From an uncultured Chlamydiae bacterium (GTDB lineage Bacteria > Chlamydiota > Chlamydiia > Chlamydiales > Parachlamydiaceae): a stretch of 64,000 nt of DNA. The notes under the pieces were generated by a model, which saw nothing but the letters and a program-made list of their open reading frames with translations, was not told the DNA's origin and made no database searches. Shown here piece by piece: positions 54,701 through 60,841 of this stretch; positions within the stretch are counted from its first letter, which is position 1, and each line of letters starts with the position of its first letter. The DNA lies in contig CAWHMU010000045.1 of NCBI GenBank assembly GCA_963830365.1, positions 1 through 64,000 on the forward strand. Direction: 5' to 3'. The position numbers and the translations under genes were made by a program.

Positions 54701-54870
54701 GATAAGGGGAAATGTCGATTAATTTCAATGGTATGGTCTTTTTTATGGTAAATAGTGGCAAAACGTGAAAACTTTCGCTTCTTTAGTTCAGCAAGAACCG
54801 ACTTAGCAGTTGAAAATTCTTGATAAAAACCAAGGGCTATATTTCTCTTATTCATCGTATTGCTCCCCAC
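45766..54870 (-). CDS. ndvB: Cyclic beta-1,2-glucan synthase (Cgs/NdvB/ChvB; GT84 + cyclisation domain + GH94 phosphorylase)
   Basis: AEWLLDN, LTIGELWA, GWERKRGKL, YVITLDADT, LLSHDLIEG, RWMRGDWQ, LPPDNYQ..RTSPTNIG, PWGISES, YMAHHQGM, FYQSSGAYGFRDQLQD, GDWNDGMN, GVRENGGQYTH, GGWTWYTGSA; 3034 aa. Confidence 0.93.
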   Translation of the reverse strand: MGSNTMNKRNIALGFYQEFSTAKSVLAELKKRKFSRFATIYHKKDHTIEINRHFPLSNLVIPIIGAISIACLILLNYFSILAFSWLAVVAGVSTIIATVGIYTCWRFSELIDAEMINCFKNRVVVNEILIIAHVNYADVREVLGVLREVKSGHPVTFLLRPAMFEEGNVEIPSEPMTLEKLREEASKLAISLQRTSTGGDDGRSLMQRLQKSNRMLQFLRRDIADAEYIEQTIPSSAEWLLDNMYVLEGGIEDVKLNMPKKYHKELPKILNGPLTGLPRIYALAIELVKHTVGGLTRENITAFLDSYQSDHPLTIGELWAFPLMLRLRLIEWVEFLAIHVDNRMREGELASFWGNRLLNAAHHDPKRLPVFLADLSTEQTSFSGHFAEELLDHLFDEEAILPMVREWLEERFRLPLDEILHQEHLDETSEQVVFSSAIRSLITLSQLSWPDIFETVSPVDTILREDFTGIYAKMDFTTRNCYREAIEEMARRVNLKEVDIANTTLSLSHEGVKAYEQHVGYYLIDAGRQALELRIGYRPTVFQTINRWITKNPASVYLGGITLMTLLLESVLFSFLFKANHNFFQIAFFLIMSLLPISELSLQFVNLILTILLPTPLRPKMLFETGIPPEHKTLVVVPMMLLTPETICEEINRLEIRYLANTDPLLNFGLFSDFSDAKQQHAESDASLLKIAVDGLQALADKYGEGKFFLFHRQRIWSKSENAWIGWERKRGKLEYLNRFLMGETLPENIVYLGKANALKGTRYVITLDADTQLPKDQARALVEVLSHPLNRPYLTANKNKLARGYTIIQPRVGTDFIHAKASWFCKIFSEPTAVDPYTQAISNVYQDLVGEGSYHGKGIYDVAAFHSILSHHFPEEHLLSHDLIEGAFVRVGFASNICLFDIHPKDYLSWAKRQHRWMRGDWQIIDWLAPKVPMQNGKTEVNTLSWLNRWKIFDNLRRALLPIALVLLLTAAWISSPVPGVLTGLALFVLLLPSISLCIRKLCTYSFFPIKSFLMELKLLSLRSLITIALLPFEAFLSLDACLRVAFRRLISHQNLLQWTTGEYICNGLKIHQKFVLQVAGVSLFAVMILGTIISFDPLAELIALPFCLLWMAAPFIIHVIDKPLAKRIDENLSELDKKILRKIGRKTWRFFDELVGANTHWLPPDNYQTALNIEIAQRTSPTNIGMWLLAVMNAYDFKYITCDIFIDKTLATIHELKKLERYEGHFLNWYNIQTLDPLFPRYVSTVDSGNFLACIWTLKQGMNEMISSSIIPTDALSGIKDTIDILQETNKSTKIEEARHLFDTAESNDLSHFMAIVKGALKVVQGLSVEKVEAYWLKQLEEQLMGWESIISRYFNWVEILNALPLAHLHLIDPQASLWRDQALSWHASLEMLARKNSLPALAKLMAGAERADLPNEIKAWGKKLQEALATAQWFAGEKIGLVAELIKEIEHFSQEMDLQFLYKIDRKLFAIGYNVDARKLDTSYYDLLASEARIASFVAIAKGDVPVEHWWSLGRLYSIVRGRKVLLSWGGTMFEYLMPLIFNKQYSDSLIGEACHAAVDCQIDYGKKRGIPWGISESAFSAIDAYKIYQYKSFGVPELGLKRGLEDDLVVSPYSSVLALAVKLKSAIKNLKKMAEKNHFNLMGPYGYYESMDFTRQRNPAGERGVIVYVYMAHHQGMIFATINNILNNEVLINRFQKDPRICGVNSLLYERIPLSSPIKVIGSRKEPILRRLEPFSQIPIMGVVETTESVTPKINLLSNEKYSLMITNTGGGYSRCGDVEIYRWRADTTRDAWGSFCYIKDLKSREVWSAAYQPTQTSGKEYSVNFKGDKAEFRRKDHQIETLTEIVVSPEDNAEIRLITLVNHSTETRYIELTSYLELSLAPHLTDRAHPCFNKLFIETEAVPEASALLGFRRLRSPDDLPIWAVHVLATNPTSGEVQYETDRDRFIGRGKSLKHPAALEGDLSNTTGTVLDPIFSLRGRVVIEPGRRVQFSFVTAVSDNRTSAIALIEKYKDIAASHRAIELAWNYSQLELRHLRIHQEEVQLFQKLASRLIYPHVQFRSVEDRLRKNRLGQPGLWAQGISGDLPIVVVTVGDIYDVDLVKQLLIAHAFWCLRGLKVDLIIFNDEETGYTQPLQEHLQAQVQAHSYRSQINKPGGVFLRNTDHVPPDELNLIFSVAHVVLIASRGLLRQQLVSPKAKVTYPPKLIVNEKVKDEPSRPLPFLELPYFNGLGGYTADGRSYVIYLGPHTNTPAPWINVLSNPQFGTLVSEAGLGCTWYGNSQTNRLTPWSNDPLLNPISDTIYIRDEEMGTVWTPTPAPIRELDAYRISHSQGYTRFEHNSHGIEQELLVFVPVDDEGGLPLRIQRLRLTNHSSHRRRLTLTAYTEWVLGGDREETQIHVITEWDAESNALFAYNRYHPDFGGHVAFSCSIRPIASYSGDRTEFLGRNRSTASPEALSRKSLSGHTGASLDPCSALQVLLEIDPGKEEEEVVFIMGYAPDAAAARQLISQCRMPARIDQLLSDTQSWWDKTLETIQIDVPDKATNFLMNRWLIYQDLSCRFWGRTAFYQSSGAYGFRDQLQDSMALVYSVPNIAREYILKAASRQFVEGDVQHWWHPQSGAGVRTRCSDDLLWLPFVTAHYVRITGDAGILNEKISFLEGDRLADDQEEISQVPNISKEAASLLEHCRRAINKGITAGPHGLPLIGTGDWNDGMNLVGVHGKGESVWLAWFLIHVMNDFADLLAFSNGDKQAGDGFRVAARRLAEVVEATAWDGAWYVRAYFDDGTPLGSKENSEASIDSLPQSWAVIAGLANPERMAVALNSAEEYLVKAKNNLVLLLTPPFDKMPLNPGYIKGYPPGVRENGGQYTHGSSWLAMAYARSGNGNKAVDLLRMVSPTLHTPTAEANELYKVEPYVIAGDIYDLKNQVGRGGWTWYTGSASLVYRVWLEEILGFKLRGQTLSLNCSIPKEWDQFKLKYRYKTSLYDITMTNPHHLSSGNPSITLDGVLLSSLEIPLLDDGGQHKVSIVLNP

Positions 54871-55064
54871 AGGAACTGGCGCTACCAGATGCCTCTTAAA
54901 AACGGAATATAGATATTTTGAATGTTTATAGCACCTACATTCTGGACTTTGCGGAATTAGTCAGTTTCTATTTCTTAAGTAATTAAATGTTAGTTTCATC
55001 CAATAAATTCCAGCTAACATAAAAAGTTGAAGATTGCACCGATGCCGTAATTTATCAGAAAAGA

Positions 55065-55138
55065 GGATCATCCGGTTTTGTAGGACTCATTATCGGCCAT
55101 TGGTTTAATTTCGTCCGAAAAAGAAAAAAGAAGAACCC
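55065..55138. repeat. Short, degenerate copy of the MITE ends seen at 18452-18702
   Basis: GGATCATCCGGTTTTGTAGGAC ... GTCCGAAAAAGAAAAAAGAAGAACC with only ~26 bp between the arms. Confidence 0.7.
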
Positions 55139-55140
55139 CT

Positions 55141-55790
55141 TCCGGGGTTTATATGAGGACATTCTTGTTCCCATACCTGCGGCTCCGCTGCCGCTCCACC
55201 TTGGTATGGGCTACAGAATGAGAGAAAAAGGGCAAAAAAGATAGCATCCACGCCCTCTTTTTTGCCCTTTTTCTCTCATTCTGTAGCCCGTAGCCAAGGC
55301 TCGCGAGCAGCAGCGAAGACGAGCCACAGCTACGGGAAACGCAATGTATATGAAGTTAACCCCGGATGTGACAATTGCATAAGTGACAATAAATTTGTTT
55401 ATAACATAAATTTATTGCCTTTTCCCTAAAAAAACACGGATTTTTGGGAAAGGTTCAAAAGCAGGTAATACTCAAAAAATTTAAGATGATGGTAGGATGC
55501 CAGGAAACATCTTTTTTGCCCTTTTTCTCTCATTATGTAGCCCACACCAAGGCGGAGGAACGGAGCCGCAGGTGTGGGAAAAAATTGTAAGTGATTAACC
55601 AGGGACTGGTTCTTCTTTTTATCTTTGGTCGAGATTAAACTTAAAGCCTTTTGAATCAAGGGCAAAAAAAAGAAGAACCAGTCCCTGGTTAGTTTATAAT
55701 TCTCATTATACCCACACCTGCGGCTTCGTTCCTCCGCCTTGGTGTGGGCTACATAATGAGAGAAAAAGGGCAAAAAAGATGTTTCTTGGC
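55141..55790. repeat. Cluster of four REP-like units forming two long palindromes (55141-55366 and 55499-55790)
   Basis: Unit TCTTTTTTGCCCTTTTTCTCTCATT(C/A)TGTAGCCC + hairpin, present four times in orientations -, +, +, -. Confidence 0.9.
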
Positions 55791-56086
55791 CATTCTACAA
55801 TCTTGTTTTTTCGTTAGTGGTAACAATCACTAAGAATGACCCACCTCGCGATCACTTAGAATGACCCACTTGGCGGTTTCTTTTGAAAATTGAAGTGTCG
55901 ATCACCGAGAATGACCCACCCTGCAATCACTAAGAATGACCCACTTGGCGGTTGCTCTTGATGTGCTCGGTGTCGATCACTTAGAATGACCCACCTCCAA
56001 AAACACGCAAAACAACCCTCTATCTTCAAGGGTCCTTCAAACTAACGAAAAATCCTAAATACTACTTAGTTGTCCAATTTGGTTTG

Positions 56087-56854
56087 TTATTGTTGCGTTT
56101 TCTTTACTTTCGCGCAAGTTTTTTTGAACTCGGCCAATCGGTAGCTGTCACCTTCCACAATGACCTGTACCCCTCTATGAACCAGTCTATCCAAAGCAGC
56201 TGTTCCAATCAATGGATTAGCAAAAATGCTAGGCCATTCATCGAAATCTCTGTTACTTGTGATGATCATCGAGTTCTTTTCATACCTTTCGGCAATTAAT
56301 TGATATAAATCCTGCTGCTGTGCCTCGTTAATGGCTTGTAAGCCAAAATCATCTAGGATTAACAGGGGCGTTTTAATTACCTGAGCAAGCCTCTTTTTAT
56401 GTGTTCCATCACCTCGCCCTGCATATATCCACTCAAAGAGCTGGTATGTACAGTAAAAAAGCACATCATATCCCCTACGGCATATCTGATGCCCTAACCC
56501 TTGTGCTAAATGGCTTTTCCCTACACCGCTAGGGCCGAGGATGAAGATGTTTTGTTTTTTTTCAATGAAGCCTCCTGCAGATAACTCCCGAATTATCGCG
56601 GTAGGGGCCTTTGGATTGAATTCAAAGTTGAAGGTCTCGATGGTCTTATCAGGGTCTAATCGACTCTTAGCCATCCTTAAAAGCAGTTGCTTGTTTTCTC
56701 TGCGTTCGATCTCATCCGATAGCAGTATCTCAAGAAATGTTGAGTAGGCCCATTTTTCTTTCATAGCCTCTTCCAACCGTTGTGCTAGCGTTGTTGATAT
56801 TCCCGTCATTTTCAAACGGCTCAGTTTTTTGGCGATAAGTTCGGTGCAATCCAT
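56087..56854 (-). CDS. istB: IS21 helper ATPase IstB
   Basis: GPSGVGKSHLA, LLILDDFG, IITSN, AALDRLVH, GDSYR. Confidence 0.96.
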   Translation of the reverse strand: MDCTELIAKKLSRLKMTGISTTLAQRLEEAMKEKWAYSTFLEILLSDEIERRENKQLLLRMAKSRLDPDKTIETFNFEFNPKAPTAIIRELSAGGFIEKKQNIFILGPSGVGKSHLAQGLGHQICRRGYDVLFYCTYQLFEWIYAGRGDGTHKKRLAQVIKTPLLILDDFGLQAINEAQQQDLYQLIAERYEKNSMIITSNRDFDEWPSIFANPLIGTAALDRLVHRGVQVIVEGDSYRLAEFKKTCAKVKKTQQ

Positions 56855-56919
56855 TTTTTCTCCTTGGGTTTATGACACCTGCTTGGCAGGCTCCACTTTA
56901 TTGAAAATTATTTTTTCTG

Positions 56920-58593
56920 TTACAGGACAACCTCTCTTGTGATCTGATCTGCCAGTAGAGCTTCATAAGCCCCCATCATTGCGTTTCCAGAGGTCGACAT
57001 AGGATGGAGCCTCACCAGCTTTTCTTCAAACGTCTCTGAACATGAGTAAGTAGTCTTGTAATCAGCGGGATCTCTGGCAAATCGAAGAGGCTCTATGGAG
57101 GATGCTCCTTTTGCAACTGAGTTATCCAAAGCCTCTGTTTGCAATTTCTTTTCCAAAATACTTTTGACGCTGGCATATGAGAATAGCTTGCAAGTTAGTG
57201 CCCTCTCACAAGCAAGTTCCAGGTCTCTTATGGAGTAATTTTCTTTTAATTTGAGGAGACATCGAACGGGTTTCAGCTTGTCTACTAACGGATGGTTGAG
57301 GATCTCCTTAACCATCTGATGGGTAAATGGACCAATCGCTTCAGATAAATCAATCAATCCTTCCCTTGTGCATTGCAAAACAGCTTCTTTGAATGGAGGG
57401 GCATGCTCAGATTTACGTTTATAGTCCCACTTCTTGGTTGTTCTGCCGTGCAATGCCACTTCTTTGCTTTCGTAAAAGATTCGCAACAATGAATCTGTCA
57501 CACATACTTGAACGGTTTTTCCTATCAATTGATATGGAACAGAGTAAAATGCGCCGTCAACCATAATGCGCCAATCTCTTCGCACATTGCATTGTCTCCA
57601 TGAAGTTTGTTCCCAGCGAGTTTTAGGAAGAGGACCTAAGGCAATTTTCTCCTCAGAATTAAAAATCTCTAAAGGAGTTCGACCTACGCCATAGATAATT
57701 CTCTTATCAGCAACCTCTCGACACCAACTTTCAAGAGCATTTTTAAGATCACTAATAGAAGACGTTTCGATTTCCAGTATTTTTTGGTTAGCAAGAAAAT
57801 AAGCGAGAAAGTTTCTTTTTACGTACTTGACATCTCCTTCAACCCCACCTTTGTGCTCAGGAGTTCGTGGTGCGCAGGGGGCTATGACAAAGCCATAATG
57901 TTCTGCAAAATCCTGATAGCTGCGGTTAATCATGTCATTATCTGTTGTAGGTCGTATAACAGCGGCCTTTAAATTGTCTGGAATACATTTCTTTGGCACC
58001 CCATGAAAGTATTCAAAGGCATTGATATGGCCTTTAAGAAAAGTCGATAGCGTTTGATCCAGAACAATCTCTCGATGTGCCTGCCTGGAATGTCGAAGGC
58101 GAAGAGAAAATAGCCAAACTCTTTTAATGACTCCAGCGTCATCGCGAAAACGTCCAAGTTCACCAAAATCAAGTTCTAGATCACTACCAGGGGTGGTTGA
58201 TCGTACCATAATAGGGTCAATTGGATTGGGGAAATGCTTCGCTCGGTATCGTCTGATTGCCTGCACATCACAGATACATTTGTCCTTCAACAACTGATGG
58301 ATAACAATAGAGGAAAGTCCATCCTTATTCCAGGCTTCTAGCTGCTCTTTATGCTCGTCAAGTGGATGAGATCGGTCTTTTGTCTTTACATTCCACTTAT
58401 CTGTGATTTCTTCATCGCTTGGCATAGGAGCCTCTGAGTCTAGCCAATGCTGGATATGAGATAATTCCTGTACTGCTCTGATGATTGTCCGATGTATGCC
58501 GAGCTCTCGTTGGATCTGTCTTTGAGATTGACCAATCTTAAGGCGCTGAATGATGCTACGAATTTGAGTCATTGTCTTTACTTTTCCTTTCAT
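56920..58593 (-). CDS. istA: IS21 transposase IstA
   Basis: N-terminal HTH, ELDFG, FHGVP..IPDNLKAAV, PEHKGGVE (DDE), FYSVPY. Confidence 0.95.
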   Translation of the reverse strand: MKGKVKTMTQIRSIIQRLKIGQSQRQIQRELGIHRTIIRAVQELSHIQHWLDSEAPMPSDEEITDKWNVKTKDRSHPLDEHKEQLEAWNKDGLSSIVIHQLLKDKCICDVQAIRRYRAKHFPNPIDPIMVRSTTPGSDLELDFGELGRFRDDAGVIKRVWLFSLRLRHSRQAHREIVLDQTLSTFLKGHINAFEYFHGVPKKCIPDNLKAAVIRPTTDNDMINRSYQDFAEHYGFVIAPCAPRTPEHKGGVEGDVKYVKRNFLAYFLANQKILEIETSSISDLKNALESWCREVADKRIIYGVGRTPLEIFNSEEKIALGPLPKTRWEQTSWRQCNVRRDWRIMVDGAFYSVPYQLIGKTVQVCVTDSLLRIFYESKEVALHGRTTKKWDYKRKSEHAPPFKEAVLQCTREGLIDLSEAIGPFTHQMVKEILNHPLVDKLKPVRCLLKLKENYSIRDLELACERALTCKLFSYASVKSILEKKLQTEALDNSVAKGASSIEPLRFARDPADYKTTYSCSETFEEKLVRLHPMSTSGNAMMGAYEALLADQITREVVL

Positions 58594-59036
58594 GTGTATG
58601 CCTTGCGTTAAGTTGAGGCCTGGAGTTTAGTCGTGGCTTCATCAAAACGCGTTAGTAAAAATCAGTATCGAAGGAAGTTAAGCCCTTAATTTGAAAATAG
58701 TAGTGGGTCATTCTAAGTGATCGCGAACGAGTATTGCCGATCACGACCGCCAAGTGGGTCATTCTAAGTGATTGGAAGGTGGGTCATTCTTAGTGATCGA
58801 CAGACGACCTCATCAGGCGCTGCCGCCAAGTGGGTCGTTCTAAGTGATCGCGAGGGTGGGTCATTCTAAGTGATCGCCAAGTGGGTCATTCTTAGTGATT
58901 GTTACCAGTTAGTGTAACCGACATTTCTCTTTTTTTAAACCATGCCGATTTTTGAGTATTTTGAGTGTTCTAGGATAGATTCTTTTCGATCCCGGATATG
59001 ATTGGCTTCCAAAGAATCGCTGTATAACACACAAAA

Positions 59037-59135
59037 CACTTATGCAATTGCCTCGTAGGGGTTCTTCTCTTTAGATACTTCCACCTTAATAGATTATAAA
59101 GAGAAGAACCCCTAGGGAGACAATTGCAGAAGTGA
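59037..59135. repeat. Palindrome with TGCAATTG shell and GGTTCTTC/GAAGAACC core
   Basis: CACTTATGCAATTGCCTC..AGGGGTTCTTCTCTTTA / TAAAGAGAAGAACCCCT..GAGACAATTGCAGAAGTG. Confidence 0.8.
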
Positions 59136-59225
59136 CAATATATTATTTTAAATAATCATTGCAATAAAAAGGCTCCACAAGGTATTATGAGGCTTCTTAC
59201 AAACTCAGTACCGAGGGAGCCAAAA

Positions 59226-59402
59226 ATGTCTTTCAGAGAAACTTTATCAAAATTCTGGTCTAATGTCCAATACACTCTTTTCCCTAAGATGGAAGAATCG
59301 CTAGGAGAGTTGTCTAAAACCCATAAACGATTGATAGCTATTTTAGAATTGGTGTGTATCGAAGAGTTTATTCCTTCGACGAGATTCAACGATGGAAGAC
59401 CT
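59226..59402 (+). pseudogene. N-terminal remnant of a DDE transposase (IS5/IS1182-like), ending exactly at the IS3 boundary
   Basis: MSFRETLSKFWSNVQYTLFPKMEESLGELSKTHKRLIAILELVCIEEFIPSTRFNDGRP ends on the GRP motif typical of these N-termini; GGGAG RBS. Confidence 0.6.
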
Positions 59403-59585
59403 TAAAGTGGTCCCCTTTGTCTAGACAAAAAATGGGAAAAGTTAAGCTAATAACCTCAAGTTTTTGTTGTTCTTGCAGCTAAAGGGGGAGTTTGAGGGGG
59501 CTTGCCCCCTCAAGTTCCTTTAAAAATCAAGGTAATCCAAGTCCAACGAAGGCGGAAGGGGGGTAAGGGGGCTTGCCCCCTTTTC

Positions 59586-60428
59586 CTAAAGGCTCTGCCT
59601 AGAAAAATACACCTCCGCAGGCGTTTTATAACCCAGTCCTTGGTGTGGCCTGCTCTCGTTGTAAAACTTAAAATAACTCTTAAGTCCATTACGGACATCT
59701 TTTAAGCTTTCATACCCTTTTGGATAAATCTCTTCATACTTCACGCTTCTCCAGAGCCTTTCAATAAACACATTATCAAGGGCTCTGCCTTTTCCATCCA
59801 TACTGATTCTGACTCCGCCTGCTTCTAATCTCTCTACAAACCGACAGCAGGTGAATTGAACTCCTTGGTCTGTGTTGAATATCTCAGGACTAGCTCGAGA
59901 AAGCCCTCTTTCTAATGCATTAATGCAAAATTCCGCATCCAGCAGATTCGAAAGTTCCCATTCGATCACATACCTGCTAAACCAATCGATGATCGCAAAA
60001 AGGTATCCAAATCCTTTCAACAAAGGAACGTAGGTGATATCTGCAGCCCATGCCAAATCGGGTTTATCTACTACAATCCCTCTTAGTAGGTAAGGAAACT
60101 TTTTATGCTCCTTATTTGCCGCACTCAGATTGGGCTTGGGATAGATTGCTTCTAAACCCATTGTCTGCATCGCCGTTCGAATCCTTTTTCCTCCTACAAA
60201 AAAACCTTGAGCTCTCATTGCTATCGTCATCCGTCTTCTTCCATAGAAGGGAGTTTGAAGATATTGTTCATCAATAGCCCGCATGAGTGCCAAATCTTCC
60301 TCGTTGGGCTGTTTGGCCTTATAATACAACCCAGATCGTGACATTCCAAGCAAATGACACTGACTTGATAGCGACAACTTCTTATGATCTGGCTCTATTA
60401 GAAGTCGTCGAGAATTTAAGTCAAACAT
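59586..60428 (-). CDS. IS3-family transposase OrfB (integrase core)
   Basis: PFYGRRRM, WAADITYVP, IIDWFSRY, FNTDQGVQF, GRALDNVFIERLWRSVKYE, RPHQGL. Confidence 0.95.
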   Translation of the reverse strand: MFDLNSRRLLIEPDHKKLSLSSQCHLLGMSRSGLYYKAKQPNEEDLALMRAIDEQYLQTPFYGRRRMTIAMRAQGFFVGGKRIRTAMQTMGLEAIYPKPNLSAANKEHKKFPYLLRGIVVDKPDLAWAADITYVPLLKGFGYLFAIIDWFSRYVIEWELSNLLDAEFCINALERGLSRASPEIFNTDQGVQFTCCRFVERLEAGGVRISMDGKGRALDNVFIERLWRSVKYEEIYPKGYESLKDVRNGLKSYFKFYNESRPHQGLGYKTPAEVYFSRQSL

Positions 60429-60709
60429 CCTAACTTTTTTTTAAGCCACTCCACCTCCATTTTAAGACGTCCGATTTGCTCGAAAAGTTCTGCCTTTTCT
60501 TTAACTTCCTGTGCTGTCCCAGTCATCTTGCTCGGTTTTTCAAATACAGTTGTGGCAGTTGATAAAAAGTGTTTTTTCCACTCCGACAACACGATAGGAT
60601 GCACTCCCAGTTCACCGGATAATTGACTTGCAGTCTTTTCTCCCTTCAAAATCTCAAGCACGGCTTTGACTTTAAATTCTGGGGGATATTTTTTTCTTGT
60701 TCGGCTCAT
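60416..60709 (-). CDS. IS3-family transposase OrfA (HTH)
   Basis: RKKYPPEFKVKAVLE..WKK..LFEQIGRLKMEVEWLKKK; A8G slippery run at 60434-60442 just before the orfB overlap. Confidence 0.93.
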   Translation of the reverse strand: MSRTRKKYPPEFKVKAVLEILKGEKTASQLSGELGVHPIVLSEWKKHFLSTATTVFEKPSKMTGTAQEVKEKAELFEQIGRLKMEVEWLKKKLGCLT

Positions 60710-60841
60710 TTTCACCTCTTTTCTTAAAGAGGGTATTAGCTTAGACCATTGTCCAAATTTCCGGGACCATTATACCTTTTGTTAAAATATTTTGTATGTT
60801 ACATAAAAGATACCATCTATCCAAAGTAAACAAGGTCTTTT

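Larger units (their letters stand above)
55818..58907 (-). mobile_element. Complete IS21-family element (3090 bp)
   Basis: Ends TGGTAACAATCACTAAGAATGACCCAC / GTGGGTCATTCTTAGTGATTGTTACCA; 5-bp TSD GTTAG (55813-55817, 58908-58912); istA-istB; multiple subterminal repeats. Confidence 0.96.
59403..60774 (-). mobile_element. IS3-family element (1372 bp)
   Basis: 26-bp imperfect IRs TAAAGTGGTCCCCTTTGTCTAGACAA / TATAATGGTCCCGGAAATTTGGACAA (reverse complement); CCT on both flanks; orfA and orfB. Confidence 0.9.

Noticed and set aside
55426..55773. 115-aa ORF, and similar ORFs at 1975-2374 and 29464-29793
   Set aside because: They run through palindromic repeat DNA and show no protein motifs.
55826..55995. 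Regularly spaced 19-bp direct repeats resembling a CRISPR array or iterons (also 58703-58899)
   Set aside because: They are inverted between the two ends of an istA-istB element, lie inside its TSD, have spacers as short as 6 bp, and no cas or rep genes are present. They are IS21 terminal repeats.
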